Positions 18,153 to 27,697 of a stretch of 36,605 bases of DNA are shown here, in pieces (positions within the stretch are counted from its first letter, which is position 1; every line of letters starts with the position of its first letter). The stretch lies in assembly GCA_043718025.1 (NCBI GenBank), contig JAYSWN010000066.1:1-36605 (forward strand), read 5' to 3'. The position numbers and the translations under genes were made by a program. The notes under the pieces were generated by a model. It had not been told where the DNA came from and ran no database searches. It saw only the letters and a program-made list of their open reading frames with translations. Origin of the DNA: Pseudomonadota bacterium (lineage in GTDB: Bacteria; Bdellovibrionota; FAC87; UBA2466).

Positions 18153-18548
18153 ATGAAGGTCATTCGATTAAAACGGTGGAGCTTGGCGCTACTGGCTTAT
18201 TTTTCCCCCTTTTTTCATACCAATTTGGCGGCGGCCGAAAATAAAGTTCAATGCAAAGGCTCGAACGACAAAATTGAAGTCACCATAACGGATAAGGCTA
18301 GCGTCACCTTTTTGCTGAATGGCAATAAGGTGGAACAATTCAAAGAGACCTGGATCTTTTCAAACAATAAGCGTGGCGACGCAATCGTGCCCGAAGAGCT
18401 CACCTTAGTTACCGAAAAATATGAATTTCGACTTGAAAACTTGGGCACCTGCCCCGACGGCAAATCGATTCGGGTGCGTCATTTTTCAGGCAAGGCCAGC
18501 GACAAAATATTTTTGGAAGAGGCCGCTTGCGTCTGCAGCGCTAAGTAA
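18153..18548 (+). CDS. Small secreted protein with four Cys
   Basis: GGGAG RBS; signal peptide ending NLAAA; VQCKG...ACVCS; its stop abuts the convergent gene. Confidence 0.75.
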   Translation: MKVIRLKRWSLALLAYFSPFFHTNLAAAENKVQCKGSNDKIEVTITDKASVTFLLNGNKVEQFKETWIFSNNKRGDAIVPEELTLVTEKYEFRLENLGTCPDGKSIRVRHFSGKASDKIFLEEAACVCSAK

Positions 18549-20225
18549 TTAAAAAATTGGGATCATTTGTAGGCTGAGTACCTTTGAATCGAAAACTTTG
18601 CCGGGGGTTACTACGGGGTTGGCCTCGGTAAGCCGAACGAGGTTTAAGGCGCGACTACCAGCATCAGCGATAAACGCAAATTTACCCTCTGGGTCGACGG
18701 CAAAATCTTGGGGACTAAATCCAAGGGGGATCGATTTTACGGTGCTAGTGTTAAGTGACCCGTCGGCAAAACGTTCAAAAATAGTAATTCCACCGCTAGC
18801 GCCTATTAACGTACCCGAAGTCTCTTGAGTCAAAACGTAGAGTTTAGTCTTTGAACTATCAAAGAGCATTCGCCTCACCATCTGATTGAGCGCAGTCACT
18901 AGGGGAAGGGGAGCAAGGCTTCCAGTTTGAATAAGTGAACCGGTTGAGGGCGCTATTTTTAACGCGCGAACACTGGTGCCCATTCCAAAGTACAACATGT
19001 CCGCCCCATCCCAAAGGGGCTGGCTGATGTAGTTATCGACGCTCGCAGCAGAAAAAGCGGTGGGGGCTACCGAAGTCAATGCGCCCGTCGTGCTTGATCG
19101 CGTGTACGCCGACAACTTGGTGTTCGTGGCAATAGGGTCGGCGGAAACGCTGTATACAAAATTTGAAGTCGCCACTACTCCAGCTAGATTTGCAACTAAG
19201 AATGAGTCATCGCCATTCGTCGCGAGAGCGCTGTCGGTAAAACTGCCGACATCAATTTGAGACGGGCCGGCATAGTAGGCGAAGCGCAAACGGGGATCGA
19301 TGGTAAAGAACCCCTCGGTTGAGCCGATTCCCATCGAGAAATTGCCTTTGAGGGTGAAGTTTCCGGCGTCATCGCCCTGAGTTTCCAGGCGATAGAGCTG
19401 GGCGTTTATAGTCCCACGTGCAAAATTTAAAAAATTAAATGTCGTCAGTAACAAAGTGCGATCTGCGTTGATCTGCATCTTTTTCATGCTGCCGCTCATG
19501 TAAAACTCTTGCCGCTTCACCAAGGCGCCCGTTTCATCGAACGACATCGAGGCTAAATTGGGATCCCTCCCCCTAGCTTCGGAGGCCACTAGCAAACGAG
19601 ACCCTCTTAAGGGGGGCTGCGCCGTGGGATCATCGGGTTCGGGTTTTCCTTCGTTTTGGATGGGACAGGTTTCGGCCAGATCATTAGCATTGGCCGAATC
19701 GTAGCTGTTGATGACATCTACCACGCTGTCTCGATAGAGGTCGGTGGTGGTTCGGCCTAGTAAATAGATTCGGGGGCGGGCCGAATAGCCAAAAAGGTCA
19801 GCCACCTCTTTACCGGTGCAAGTGGTGCCGAGGGTTGAGGAGTAAGCGCCAAAAACGCTCACTTGCCGGTTGGGGCCCAAGGGAATTCTAAACCGGTAGC
19901 CGGCCTCACTGGTTAATTCGGTGAGCTTAATCCCTTTTGAAGTGGTGCCAAAACCAAAACAGTCTGGTTTTCGGCTGTTCAGCTGAGCGGAGCCCACCGA
20001 CGGCACGATTCCGCTACCCGCCACCGAAATAAAAAAGCAGTGCATCTTACCTAGGGTTTCTGGATTGGATGACGAGCGTTCGAATCGCGGCGCCGCCGTG
20101 TGCTTTGGTTCGGAGCTTTCGCCCATCGAAAATTTTAAATCTGCGGTTCGGCCCCCCGACCAATTGCACTGAAGAGTGAGCAACGCGACGAAGCCTAAGG
20201 TCAGAATGAAAGGGAGTGATTTCAT
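18549..20225 (-). CDS. Probable lipoprotein with Cys-containing N-terminal domain and C-terminal lactonase-like beta-propeller
   Basis: Hydrophobic leader ending TLQC; blade-like repeats IDPRLRFAY, FDSSKTKLYV, PQDFAVDPEGKFAFIAD, STTGALT. Confidence 0.8.
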   Translation of the reverse strand: MKSLPFILTLGFVALLTLQCNWSGGRTADLKFSMGESSEPKHTAAPRFERSSSNPETLGKMHCFFISVAGSGIVPSVGSAQLNSRKPDCFGFGTTSKGIKLTELTSEAGYRFRIPLGPNRQVSVFGAYSSTLGTTCTGKEVADLFGYSARPRIYLLGRTTTDLYRDSVVDVINSYDSANANDLAETCPIQNEGKPEPDDPTAQPPLRGSRLLVASEARGRDPNLASMSFDETGALVKRQEFYMSGSMKKMQINADRTLLLTTFNFLNFARGTINAQLYRLETQGDDAGNFTLKGNFSMGIGSTEGFFTIDPRLRFAYYAGPSQIDVGSFTDSALATNGDDSFLVANLAGVVATSNFVYSVSADPIATNTKLSAYTRSSTTGALTSVAPTAFSAASVDNYISQPLWDGADMLYFGMGTSVRALKIAPSTGSLIQTGSLAPLPLVTALNQMVRRMLFDSSKTKLYVLTQETSGTLIGASGGITIFERFADGSLNTSTVKSIPLGFSPQDFAVDPEGKFAFIADAGSRALNLVRLTEANPVVTPGKVFDSKVLSLQMIPIF

Positions 20226-20279
20226 GTGGGTAGACGAATTCTACCCGACGGGGCGGCGGCACGATAACGGGCTGCGTAA

Positions 20280-22463
20280 TTATTGATAGTAATCGAGCTT
20301 CTTATTCACTTTATCGAAATAGTCGTCACCGGTGCGAACGTAGTTTTTTGCCCGATTCCAGTATTGCTTGGCCTCTTCGAGGCGGTTCATGCTCTCAAGA
20401 ATATAGCCGTGGGTATAGGCCTCTTTGGCTAGGCGGTTCAGCTGTTTTTTTGCTTTGAGTACGCACTCTTTAGCGTCGTCAAAATTGGCGTCGCGTTTGG
20501 TCATCTCTTCGCAGAGGTCGCGGCTGGCATTGTAATCACCTTCGGCGTACTTCTCTTTGGCCTGGATGAGAAATGGCTCAAACTCTTCTTTTTGTAGTGA
20601 GCGCGATCGATCGATGATCTGCTTGGCTTCATTTAAATATTGGGTATCCCCTTTGATCTCGATTTGGCGAATCTTTTCGGCAGTATCAATCGCCGACTGG
20701 TAGCTCTTGCTGGTGAAAGCCGCCATTGATTGTTGAAAGAGATCAGCGATAAGCTTGCGCTTGTCGTCTTCCGGATCTCTCTCGGGTGGAATCTCCTCGA
20801 TACTGCGCACTTTAGCCTGGGCCGCTTTGATGCCTTTGTTGGCGTTGTCGTTGTAGGGGTCAATCACGATCGCGGAGTTAAAGGCTTCGCTCGCGCGCTC
20901 GAAATCGCCCTCCTTTAAATACTCTTTGCCATCATCTAAGTACGTCTGGAGATCAACTTTCGCATCTTTCTTCGATTTTTCGTCGGCCTCCGCAATCTGC
21001 TTTTCCTTCAGCTTGCGCTGAAATTTGTCCAATTGTTCGCGCGACTGTTTGTAGTAGGGAAGAAATTCGTGAATCTTTTTCAAATGCCCCACCGCGTCCT
21101 CGTAGGCCCCTTCATCAGCTGATTTTTCGGCGGAGTTGTAAAATCCTTCCAGTTGGCGCTGCACTTCAGGCGACAGCTCGGCGTACTCTTTGGGCATCGA
21201 TGGCGGGATCTTTACTATTTCAACCCCTTTATCGGCCACGCCATTGATCCCGCTGGCCGCAGTTTCGCCTTTAATTTTACCCTTGTCCGCATTGGGCATG
21301 AGTACGAAGAGCAATAGCAGTGCCGCTACCGCACCAATCAAAATATTTCGGAACTTGGAGCTTTGCTCGGGCTCTTGCGGCAACGAACCCATGAACTCAT
21401 TCGGGTAAACCGGAGGCGGTGCGTTTGGGTTGCGCAAGTCCATCAGCACTTCGTCGGGCAGGGCATCGATTTGCATCGAACGGGTGGCTTCGTAGTTCTG
21501 ATTCAAAGCGGTATTTCCGTTGAAGGCGCCCGTTCCACCAACCGGGGCAAGCTTGCCCCCCCCTACTTCGGAAGAGAGAAGGTTAGAAATTAAAAATTTA
21601 ATCTTGGTCTTACCGATCTGAATTTCGTCGAAACTGGTAAGGGGATGTTCGAGCACCCGCATGCCGTTAACGTAAGTGCCGTGACGGCTATTCATATCGA
21701 TGAGGCGATAGCCCATGCCCACCCGGGCAATCTTGGCGTGGACGCGCGACAGCTTTTCGTCATCAAGATAAATGTCGGCCTTCTTGCTGCGCCCTAAAGA
21801 GATTTCGTATGACTGCACCGGAATCTCTTCGCCTTGACGAGGCCCCTCGGTGATCAAGAGCTTAGCCACGATCTGTTGGGCATCTACCTGGGTATCATTC
21901 TTAAACTGCGTGCCTTCACGGCCCGAAGACATTTGTAGGACCTGTGCCATCGGCGGATCGTTTTGGGGATTTGGCTCGCCACCAAATCCGCCGTTATTGT
22001 CGCCGAAATCAACTTGGCCCGCGTCGCCGGATTCGGGGATTTGGAAGTTGTCATTCTCCAGTCCACCATTTTCTTCGGCGGGGGCAGGTTCGCCATTTTG
22101 CTCGGGCACGGAGTCGCCGTCTTTATTAACCGGAACTAAAGCGCTGCCGGTGGACGGGCTGGCCTCCGCCACATCTCCCATGAAGAAGGCCAAGCGGAAA
22201 GGACCCACTGCCACTTCATCCCCTTCGCCCACCTCGCCGGTTTCCACCGACTTTCCGTTCACTTTGAGGCGACCGCTGCTGCTCATGTTGGTGACGTAGA
22301 CATTGGCGTCAGTGACACGAATTTCAACGTGGCTTCGGCTGATCGCATCGTGACTCAGGATAATGTCTGAAAAATCAGACCGGCCGATGCGGTAGGTGCC
22401 TTCATCGAACACACGTTCGGTGATGAGTTGCCCCTTTTCGTAGATTTTTAGCGTTATCTTCAT
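20280..22463 (-). CDS. Double-FHA, single-TM, TPR-domain protein (727 aa)
   Basis: Two FHA motifs (IGRS...ISRSH...VNG; LGRS...LSRVH...GTYVNG), acidic linker, TM ILIGAVAALLLLFVL, C-terminal TPR-like helices. Confidence 0.92.
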   Translation of the reverse strand: MKITLKIYEKGQLITERVFDEGTYRIGRSDFSDIILSHDAISRSHVEIRVTDANVYVTNMSSSGRLKVNGKSVETGEVGEGDEVAVGPFRLAFFMGDVAEASPSTGSALVPVNKDGDSVPEQNGEPAPAEENGGLENDNFQIPESGDAGQVDFGDNNGGFGGEPNPQNDPPMAQVLQMSSGREGTQFKNDTQVDAQQIVAKLLITEGPRQGEEIPVQSYEISLGRSKKADIYLDDEKLSRVHAKIARVGMGYRLIDMNSRHGTYVNGMRVLEHPLTSFDEIQIGKTKIKFLISNLLSSEVGGGKLAPVGGTGAFNGNTALNQNYEATRSMQIDALPDEVLMDLRNPNAPPPVYPNEFMGSLPQEPEQSSKFRNILIGAVAALLLLFVLMPNADKGKIKGETAASGINGVADKGVEIVKIPPSMPKEYAELSPEVQRQLEGFYNSAEKSADEGAYEDAVGHLKKIHEFLPYYKQSREQLDKFQRKLKEKQIAEADEKSKKDAKVDLQTYLDDGKEYLKEGDFERASEAFNSAIVIDPYNDNANKGIKAAQAKVRSIEEIPPERDPEDDKRKLIADLFQQSMAAFTSKSYQSAIDTAEKIRQIEIKGDTQYLNEAKQIIDRSRSLQKEEFEPFLIQAKEKYAEGDYNASRDLCEEMTKRDANFDDAKECVLKAKKQLNRLAKEAYTHGYILESMNRLEEAKQYWNRAKNYVRTGDDYFDKVNKKLDYYQ

Positions 22464-23524
22464 GGAAATAGTTCCGCCGCCTGTAAACGCCGCTTACTCA
22501 AATTAATGTACCTTTCGGATTCGCCGACGATGGCCTCACTCGAACGGTGCTGCATCAAGCCAATCACCTCGGTAAAATGAAAAATTGCGCGTTGGTATTG
22601 CAATGACTCAAAATAGTGAATGCCGATTGCCATGTGATTTTTAGCCTTCACTTCGGCTTCGTACATGGTTAAACGTAGGTACTTTTCAGCTAAACGGTGG
22701 CCACGGTAGAGCGACAGTGCCGTTTGAAATTGGTCGATGGCGCGGCCATAGTTTTTGGACATGTACTCGCGCTGACCGCGTCTAAAAAATTGCTCGGCCT
22801 CTCGCAAACTAGAGTTCGTCCAGTCGAGTTTTTCCATTTCTACTTCAGCGCTCTTTAATGCCGGGTCTTCAATTCCCTTTAAGCCCTGTTTTTGACCGGG
22901 CTCGAGCATCGTTGGCTCTTTACCGAGGTCAAAATCACGTGCGAGCGTTTTGCTAGCGTCTTTAGTGGCTTCGCCTTCCTTCTTAGGGGGTTCATTTTGG
23001 GCCACGTACAAAAAGCCGAGGACGGCGATAACGAGCGTATAAAGAAGCGGGCGGCGGTTTGGCTTTTTCTGCGGCCCGGCCATGGCATCTAACCCCATGC
23101 CCCCGGCGCCTAAATCAGAAGATCCATAGTTGGCGGCTTTAGGCTCGGGTACCGCTAGTGCCTGGGAATCGCGGAACTTAAAAATAAAGCTGCCAACCTG
23201 CACGACGTCGCCGTCAGCCAACCACGATTCACCGACCTTTTTTCCGTTTACCTGAATGCCGTTCTTGCTTTGGTTATCGCGAATGAACCAGCCCTCAGCG
23301 GTCTGGCCCAAAAAGGCGTGCGTGCGTGAAATGCCGTCGCTAGCGATGACAATATCATTTTCCTCGGTGCGCCCAATCGTCATGCGGTTGGCATCGAGCT
23401 CGATGATCCGCCCTTTATCGGGACCCGCCACCGTTTCGATGGCCGCCGTAGCGCGCGGACGCGGACTCTCAATGGCCACTTCCATCGCCGCGGGCTCAGC
23501 AAATTTTAAAGAGCCTTTTGCCAT
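22460..23524 (-). CDS. FHA, single-TM, TPR-domain protein (354 aa)
   Basis: IGRTEEND...ISRTH...SKNGIQVNG; TM LLYTLVIAVLGFLYV; TPR AEQFFRRGQREY...AIDQFQTAL. ATG 23524 lies just after the upstream stop. Confidence 0.9.
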   Translation of the reverse strand: MAKGSLKFAEPAAMEVAIESPRPRATAAIETVAGPDKGRIIELDANRMTIGRTEENDIVIASDGISRTHAFLGQTAEGWFIRDNQSKNGIQVNGKKVGESWLADGDVVQVGSFIFKFRDSQALAVPEPKAANYGSSDLGAGGMGLDAMAGPQKKPNRRPLLYTLVIAVLGFLYVAQNEPPKKEGEATKDASKTLARDFDLGKEPTMLEPGQKQGLKGIEDPALKSAEVEMEKLDWTNSSLREAEQFFRRGQREYMSKNYGRAIDQFQTALSLYRGHRLAEKYLRLTMYEAEVKAKNHMAIGIHYFESLQYQRAIFHFTEVIGLMQHRSSEAIVGESERYINLSKRRLQAAELFP

Positions 23525-23525
23525 A

Positions 23526-24845
23526 TTATTGACCCCTAACTGCACGGCGGAGGCAGTCCTTTGCCTCTTCGTACGCGGGATCTCTCCTAAGTATCTCATC
23601 ACAAAGGTTGCGTGCCGCTCTAAATTCTTCTGCCGCGAGTTTGTCTTTGGCCTGGAGCAGAAATGGTTCAAACTCTTCTTTTCTCGCCTGGCGGGCCTTC
23701 GCGGCGATACCGGCGGCCTCTTCGTGTAGTTCGCTATCTTTACTCAAGCGCAGCTTCTGCACCGACAGGGCAGCATTGAGCGCTGCCGTGTAGCTGCGTG
23801 CAACCAGTTCGCGTCTTGCCTTTTCGATGAGCACGCCCGCTTTTTCATTTTGATGGCCGCGGCCATCCCGTTTCATGTTCTTTCGGGCTCGGTTTTTTCG
23901 AATCTCCGGAAGCTCATTCAATGGCACCTCTTCTAGATCAGACATGCGGTGCTCAGCGGCGTAAATGCCCCTCATCGCGTTTTCGTTTTCGGTATCAATG
24001 ATCAGCGCAAACTGAAAGGCCTTGGCGGCACTTTCAAAGTCACGGTGCCGTAAAAATTTACGGCCTTCTTCGATGTAGGCAACGACCTCTTCCGAATCGT
24101 TTAAGGTTTCGGCAGGGCGTTTAGCCAGCGGTTGCGACGGCATGGCGAGATCAAGCCGAGGCGTGGCCAGGGAGGCAGACTCTGGCATTTCGTTCGCGAT
24201 GCGCTCAGCCGGAGCGCGATTGCCCTCTTCTCCGGGCAACGGGGCGATCCTCACCTCATCGCCACCGCCAACCGTGGCACGGCTTACCGCGATTGGCTTC
24301 ACTCGCTTGTTCTGAGGAAAACAGATAAAAATCATTCCCGTGAGACCGAGCACCGATAGGAGATAAAATGAGAGGCGGTTGCCGCCTTGTTTAAGCTGAA
24401 CCAGCCTGTTTTCCACCGACTCGATAAAGGCATTCACATCCGCCGGCTTGGGCTCGTGGTAGCTTTTGGTCTCAAACGGGCGCCTTTTGATTGCGCTAGG
24501 CTCAAAGGCCACGCTCTCCGACCGGGGCTGACTAAATCGGAATGCCACGTCGCCGATCTGCAGTACGTCGCCGGGGGTAAGGGGCGTTTTTTTGTGGAAC
24601 GATCCGTTCACTAAGACTCCATTTTTACTGCCACTGTCTTCGACAAACCACAGGCGCGCTCGTTTAAAGATCGCCGCGTGGTTACGCGATACCGACTCGC
24701 TCAAGATCACAACGTCATTGTCAGGACCTCGGCCAAAAGACACACGATTGCCTTGAAGCTCTATGATTCGTCCTTCGCCATCTCCGGTCAGTTGCTCCAG
24801 AAAGGGCTTAACGTCCTCAAGGGTTATGTTCTCATTACGACGCAC
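23526..24845 (-). CDS. FHA, single-TM, TPR-domain protein (439 aa)
   Basis: FGRGPDND...VSRNH...SKNGVLVNG; TM FYLLSVLGLTGMIFICF; TPR region paralogous to 20280..22463. Confidence 0.9.
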   Translation of the reverse strand: MRRNENITLEDVKPFLEQLTGDGEGRIIELQGNRVSFGRGPDNDVVILSESVSRNHAAIFKRARLWFVEDSGSKNGVLVNGSFHKKTPLTPGDVLQIGDVAFRFSQPRSESVAFEPSAIKRRPFETKSYHEPKPADVNAFIESVENRLVQLKQGGNRLSFYLLSVLGLTGMIFICFPQNKRVKPIAVSRATVGGGDEVRIAPLPGEEGNRAPAERIANEMPESASLATPRLDLAMPSQPLAKRPAETLNDSEEVVAYIEEGRKFLRHRDFESAAKAFQFALIIDTENENAMRGIYAAEHRMSDLEEVPLNELPEIRKNRARKNMKRDGRGHQNEKAGVLIEKARRELVARSYTAALNAALSVQKLRLSKDSELHEEAAGIAAKARQARKEEFEPFLLQAKDKLAAEEFRAARNLCDEILRRDPAYEEAKDCLRRAVRGQ

Positions 24846-26466
24846 TATTCATCTTCACCGTGAGTAAAATAAACCGTATGTCGCCGTTACCGGACTTAAA
24901 CCCTGCCGCCGACATGGTGCGCGAAATGCCATTGATATCCAGCATGGCCGACTGAGCATCGCCCAGCGAATTTAATACTCGCTCGGTCATGTCAATCGCC
25001 GTACCCGCAAAACCAGGGTCTTTGCAGGCGTCGCTTATGTTCTGGCCTTGCGCGTACTGATTGCGCATCGAAAGCATTTCTTCTAATGCCTTGCCTACGT
25101 AGCGAACTTTCTTCTCTCGATCGAGAAGCAAAATGGCATCGCTGCTACATACGTCAAAAATTTGGGCCGCTTGTAACACCCGGCCGTCTTCATCGGAGGT
25201 GTCGTTGCTGGCAATGTCGCCGGTGCTCATGTTGCCGCTTTGCTTGAGGCGTGAGACCGAGAAATTGATCGTGGCCACCAGAGACTCTAGCTCGGGAAGC
25301 TTGGCCTCGGCGGTAATGGCGATGCTATCGCCCTTCAGGGCCGCGTCCAATTGTTCCTGAATTCGGCTAATCGGGTGCGTGAACATTTTGTAGATAAAGA
25401 AAAAAGCGAACAGCGAAAAGAGCGCGGCAAAGAGACTTGCTTCCACCATTGGCTGAAAGGTAGAGGTGACTTCACTCGTGATTTGAAACGTGACCAGCAC
25501 AATGGCCTGCAGAAGATTTTCATTGGTATCGGGTGAATAGGCGCGGATTGGTTGGGCGATGATGAAAATGTCGTCTTCTTGGCTAACCGCAACCTGATCT
25601 TCCTTACCTTCAATCACTCGGTTCATGGCGATGGTCTGAAAGGCTTCGGTGAGCGACTTATTAAAATACTTTGCCGGCGCCAATACGGTTCTGGTTTTGG
25701 GGTCGACGATGTACGCCGAAAGCACCCCTTTTTCCGCTTCGGCCGCCTCAACGGTGAGCCGGGTATTGTCGTTGGTCTTGGAAAGTATGCGGTAGTTCTC
25801 TCTTACCACTTGTGCGGCGATGGTATGGGCGCGGGCCAAAGCTTCTTTTGTGGTGATGGTTTTTCCCCAACGGATTACCGGGAGAACGCTTAGGAGCACC
25901 GAACTCAGCAGTGCGATCAATAAGATTGAAGCCAGCATCCAGCGCCAGTCGAACGTCTTTACCAGCGAGAAGAAGGGCAGCAGGATTCTCTGATCCATCA
26001 ACTCCAAAAATTTTTCTTGCGGCGTGGTTGCGGCGGCCGGCTCGGTATTCATGGCCGAGGGTTCGCTCTGGGCAAAGTCCATTTTGAGGGCGGCATTGCC
26101 ATCGTAGCCGGGGGCTCCGGTGGAGTAATTTGGATTGTTACCGCGAGGGGCGCGAAAGCCGGTCCGCGTTCCTTCTTTACTCACTTTGGCGCCAATGCGA
26201 ATCGAAAAATCCACAATCTTAATCTCGTCTTCGGAACGTACCCTCTGCTTCTTCACGAGAATGCCGTTAACAAAAACTCCGTTCGCTGAACCCAAGTCTA
26301 CAATTGCGGCCCGGCCACCTTTAATCACTAATAGGGCGTGTTGTTTGGAAACGCTATTCGACTTGAGCTGTAGATCACACTCGGGGCCCCTCCCGATTTT
26401 GAAGTTGCCTTCGCCGAGCTCTTTGGTGAGAACCACCTCGCCATTTTTTAATATATCTACTCTCAC
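24835..26466 (-). CDS. FHA-TM-periplasmic sensor-TM-HAMP-PAS protein (543 aa)
   Basis: GTG 26466 overlaps the DUF192 stop (GTGA). FHA IGRGPEC...VSKQH...SANGVFVNG; two TMs; HAMP HPISRI...ELESLVATIN; PAS DAILLLDREKKVRYV. Confidence 0.85.
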   Translation of the reverse strand: MRVDILKNGEVVLTKELGEGNFKIGRGPECDLQLKSNSVSKQHALLVIKGGRAAIVDLGSANGVFVNGILVKKQRVRSEDEIKIVDFSIRIGAKVSKEGTRTGFRAPRGNNPNYSTGAPGYDGNAALKMDFAQSEPSAMNTEPAAATTPQEKFLELMDQRILLPFFSLVKTFDWRWMLASILLIALLSSVLLSVLPVIRWGKTITTKEALARAHTIAAQVVRENYRILSKTNDNTRLTVEAAEAEKGVLSAYIVDPKTRTVLAPAKYFNKSLTEAFQTIAMNRVIEGKEDQVAVSQEDDIFIIAQPIRAYSPDTNENLLQAIVLVTFQITSEVTSTFQPMVEASLFAALFSLFAFFFIYKMFTHPISRIQEQLDAALKGDSIAITAEAKLPELESLVATINFSVSRLKQSGNMSTGDIASNDTSDEDGRVLQAAQIFDVCSSDAILLLDREKKVRYVGKALEEMLSMRNQYAQGQNISDACKDPGFAGTAIDMTERVLNSLGDAQSAMLDINGISRTMSAAGFKSGNGDIRFILLTVKMNSAS

Positions 26467-26819
26467 TCTGGTCTGCCTTCCCACTGTAAAAGCTGGCCGG
26501 TTCGAATGTTGAGCCGGGCGATGCTTCCGGGCGCCATCTCCAGAGTGTGTTTCACGCGGGGTTGCGGCAAGAGCATCCGCCAAGGGGGAAACGAAGAGAT
26601 CGTAGAAACCACTTCGCCATCTTTCGACAAAAAAACCACGTCGATGGGAAAGCGCATGAAGAAAGTGTGGATTGAATTGCATTTGGGAAACAGAATGGCT
26701 TCGTTCTCAGCAAGTGAGTTGCGGCCCATCAGCCCGAGAAAGCGCGAGAAGAAGCTCACCGCCAAAAAACAGCGGGCGATGAGTTCGTTAGTGCCTCTCA
26801 TTAGCGTTGTCTGTTTCAT
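26463..26819 (-). CDS. DUF192 family protein
   Basis: RFLGLMGR, SIHTFFMRFPIDVVFL and TLEMAPG signature motifs. Confidence 0.92.
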   Translation of the reverse strand: MKQTTLMRGTNELIARCFLAVSFFSRFLGLMGRNSLAENEAILFPKCNSIHTFFMRFPIDVVFLSKDGEVVSTISSFPPWRMLLPQPRVKHTLEMAPGSIARLNIRTGQLLQWEGRPE

Positions 26820-27697
26820 TTGATGGCACTCAAAATGATGGGCCCGAAGATCATGATAAAGACCGCGGGCATAATGAAAAAAATCAGCGGGAAGAGCAAT
26901 TTTTGTGAGGCCGCGGCACCTTTTTTCTCGGCGCTGGTAAATCGTTGGGTGCGAATTAATTCGGACTGCACGCGAAGCACCGGACCAAGGGGAGAACCCA
27001 TCTGATCGGCAGTCACCAGTACGGCTACCAAAGATGAAATTTCTTGGAGGTCGATACGGACTCCAAGTTCGCGAAGCGAATCGGCACGCGAGGTGCCTAA
27101 CTGAATCTGTTGCAGCATGCGCTGAATTTCATCTACTAACGGACCACTGCGCGTTTTTTCAACCACCTTTTGCAAGGCACCGATGAAATCTAATCCGGCT
27201 TCGGTAGAGAGTGTGAGCAGATCGATTACGAACGGCATTTGCAATTTGATCTCTTCGTGGCGTCGTTTGCGATTTCCGCTGACCCAGATACCGGGGTAGA
27301 AATAGCCCATGGCCATGATCAACGGCACCATCCAGAGGGGAAATACGGTGCCGCTAGAAAGCAGATAGATAAAAAAGAAGCCCGGAAATACGAAACCCAT
27401 GTTGATGCGATAGGCGATTAACTCATCGACATCGATCTCTTCCTCAAGTCCAGCCGAAATAATCATCTTGCGCCATTTTTTGCGGTGGTCAGGGGCTTTA
27501 ATGCGCGTAGATGAATAGGGAAGCACCAGCGCCTTAAACACGGGCCGGTTCAACTTCAAAAGGCCGGACGAACTAATTTTCTTTTTTTGTTCTAGGCGAC
27601 TAGCGGCGGCACCTTCCAGGGCTCCGGAAAAAAGATTCCAAGCCAAATAGAAAACACCGGCTCCCAAAACCAATACTGCGACGTAGGCGATAAGCAT
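26816..27697 (-). CDS. tadC: Tad pilus inner-membrane platform protein TadC (T2SS-F family)
   Basis: MPFVIDLLTLSTEAGLDF, QLGTSRADSL, DQMGSPLG, AEKKGAAASQKLLFPLIFFIMPAVF; GAGGA RBS before ATG 27697. Confidence 0.92.
   Translation of the reverse strand: MLIAYVAVLVLGAGVFYLAWNLFSGALEGAAASRLEQKKKISSSGLLKLNRPVFKALVLPYSSTRIKAPDHRKKWRKMIISAGLEEEIDVDELIAYRINMGFVFPGFFFIYLLSSGTVFPLWMVPLIMAMGYFYPGIWVSGNRKRRHEEIKLQMPFVIDLLTLSTEAGLDFIGALQKVVEKTRSGPLVDEIQRMLQQIQLGTSRADSLRELGVRIDLQEISSLVAVLVTADQMGSPLGPVLRVQSELIRTQRFTSAEKKGAAASQKLLFPLIFFIMPAVFIMIFGPIILSAIK

Noticed and set aside
23525..23671. N-terminal extension of the 403-aa track ORF
   Set aside because: Overlaps the paralog-supported C-terminus of the upstream gene; ATG 23524 fits better.
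26467..26682. 72-aa N-terminal extension of the 615-aa track ORF
   Set aside because: Lies inside the DUF192 gene; GTG 26466 gives a clean GTGA coupling and starts at the FHA domain.
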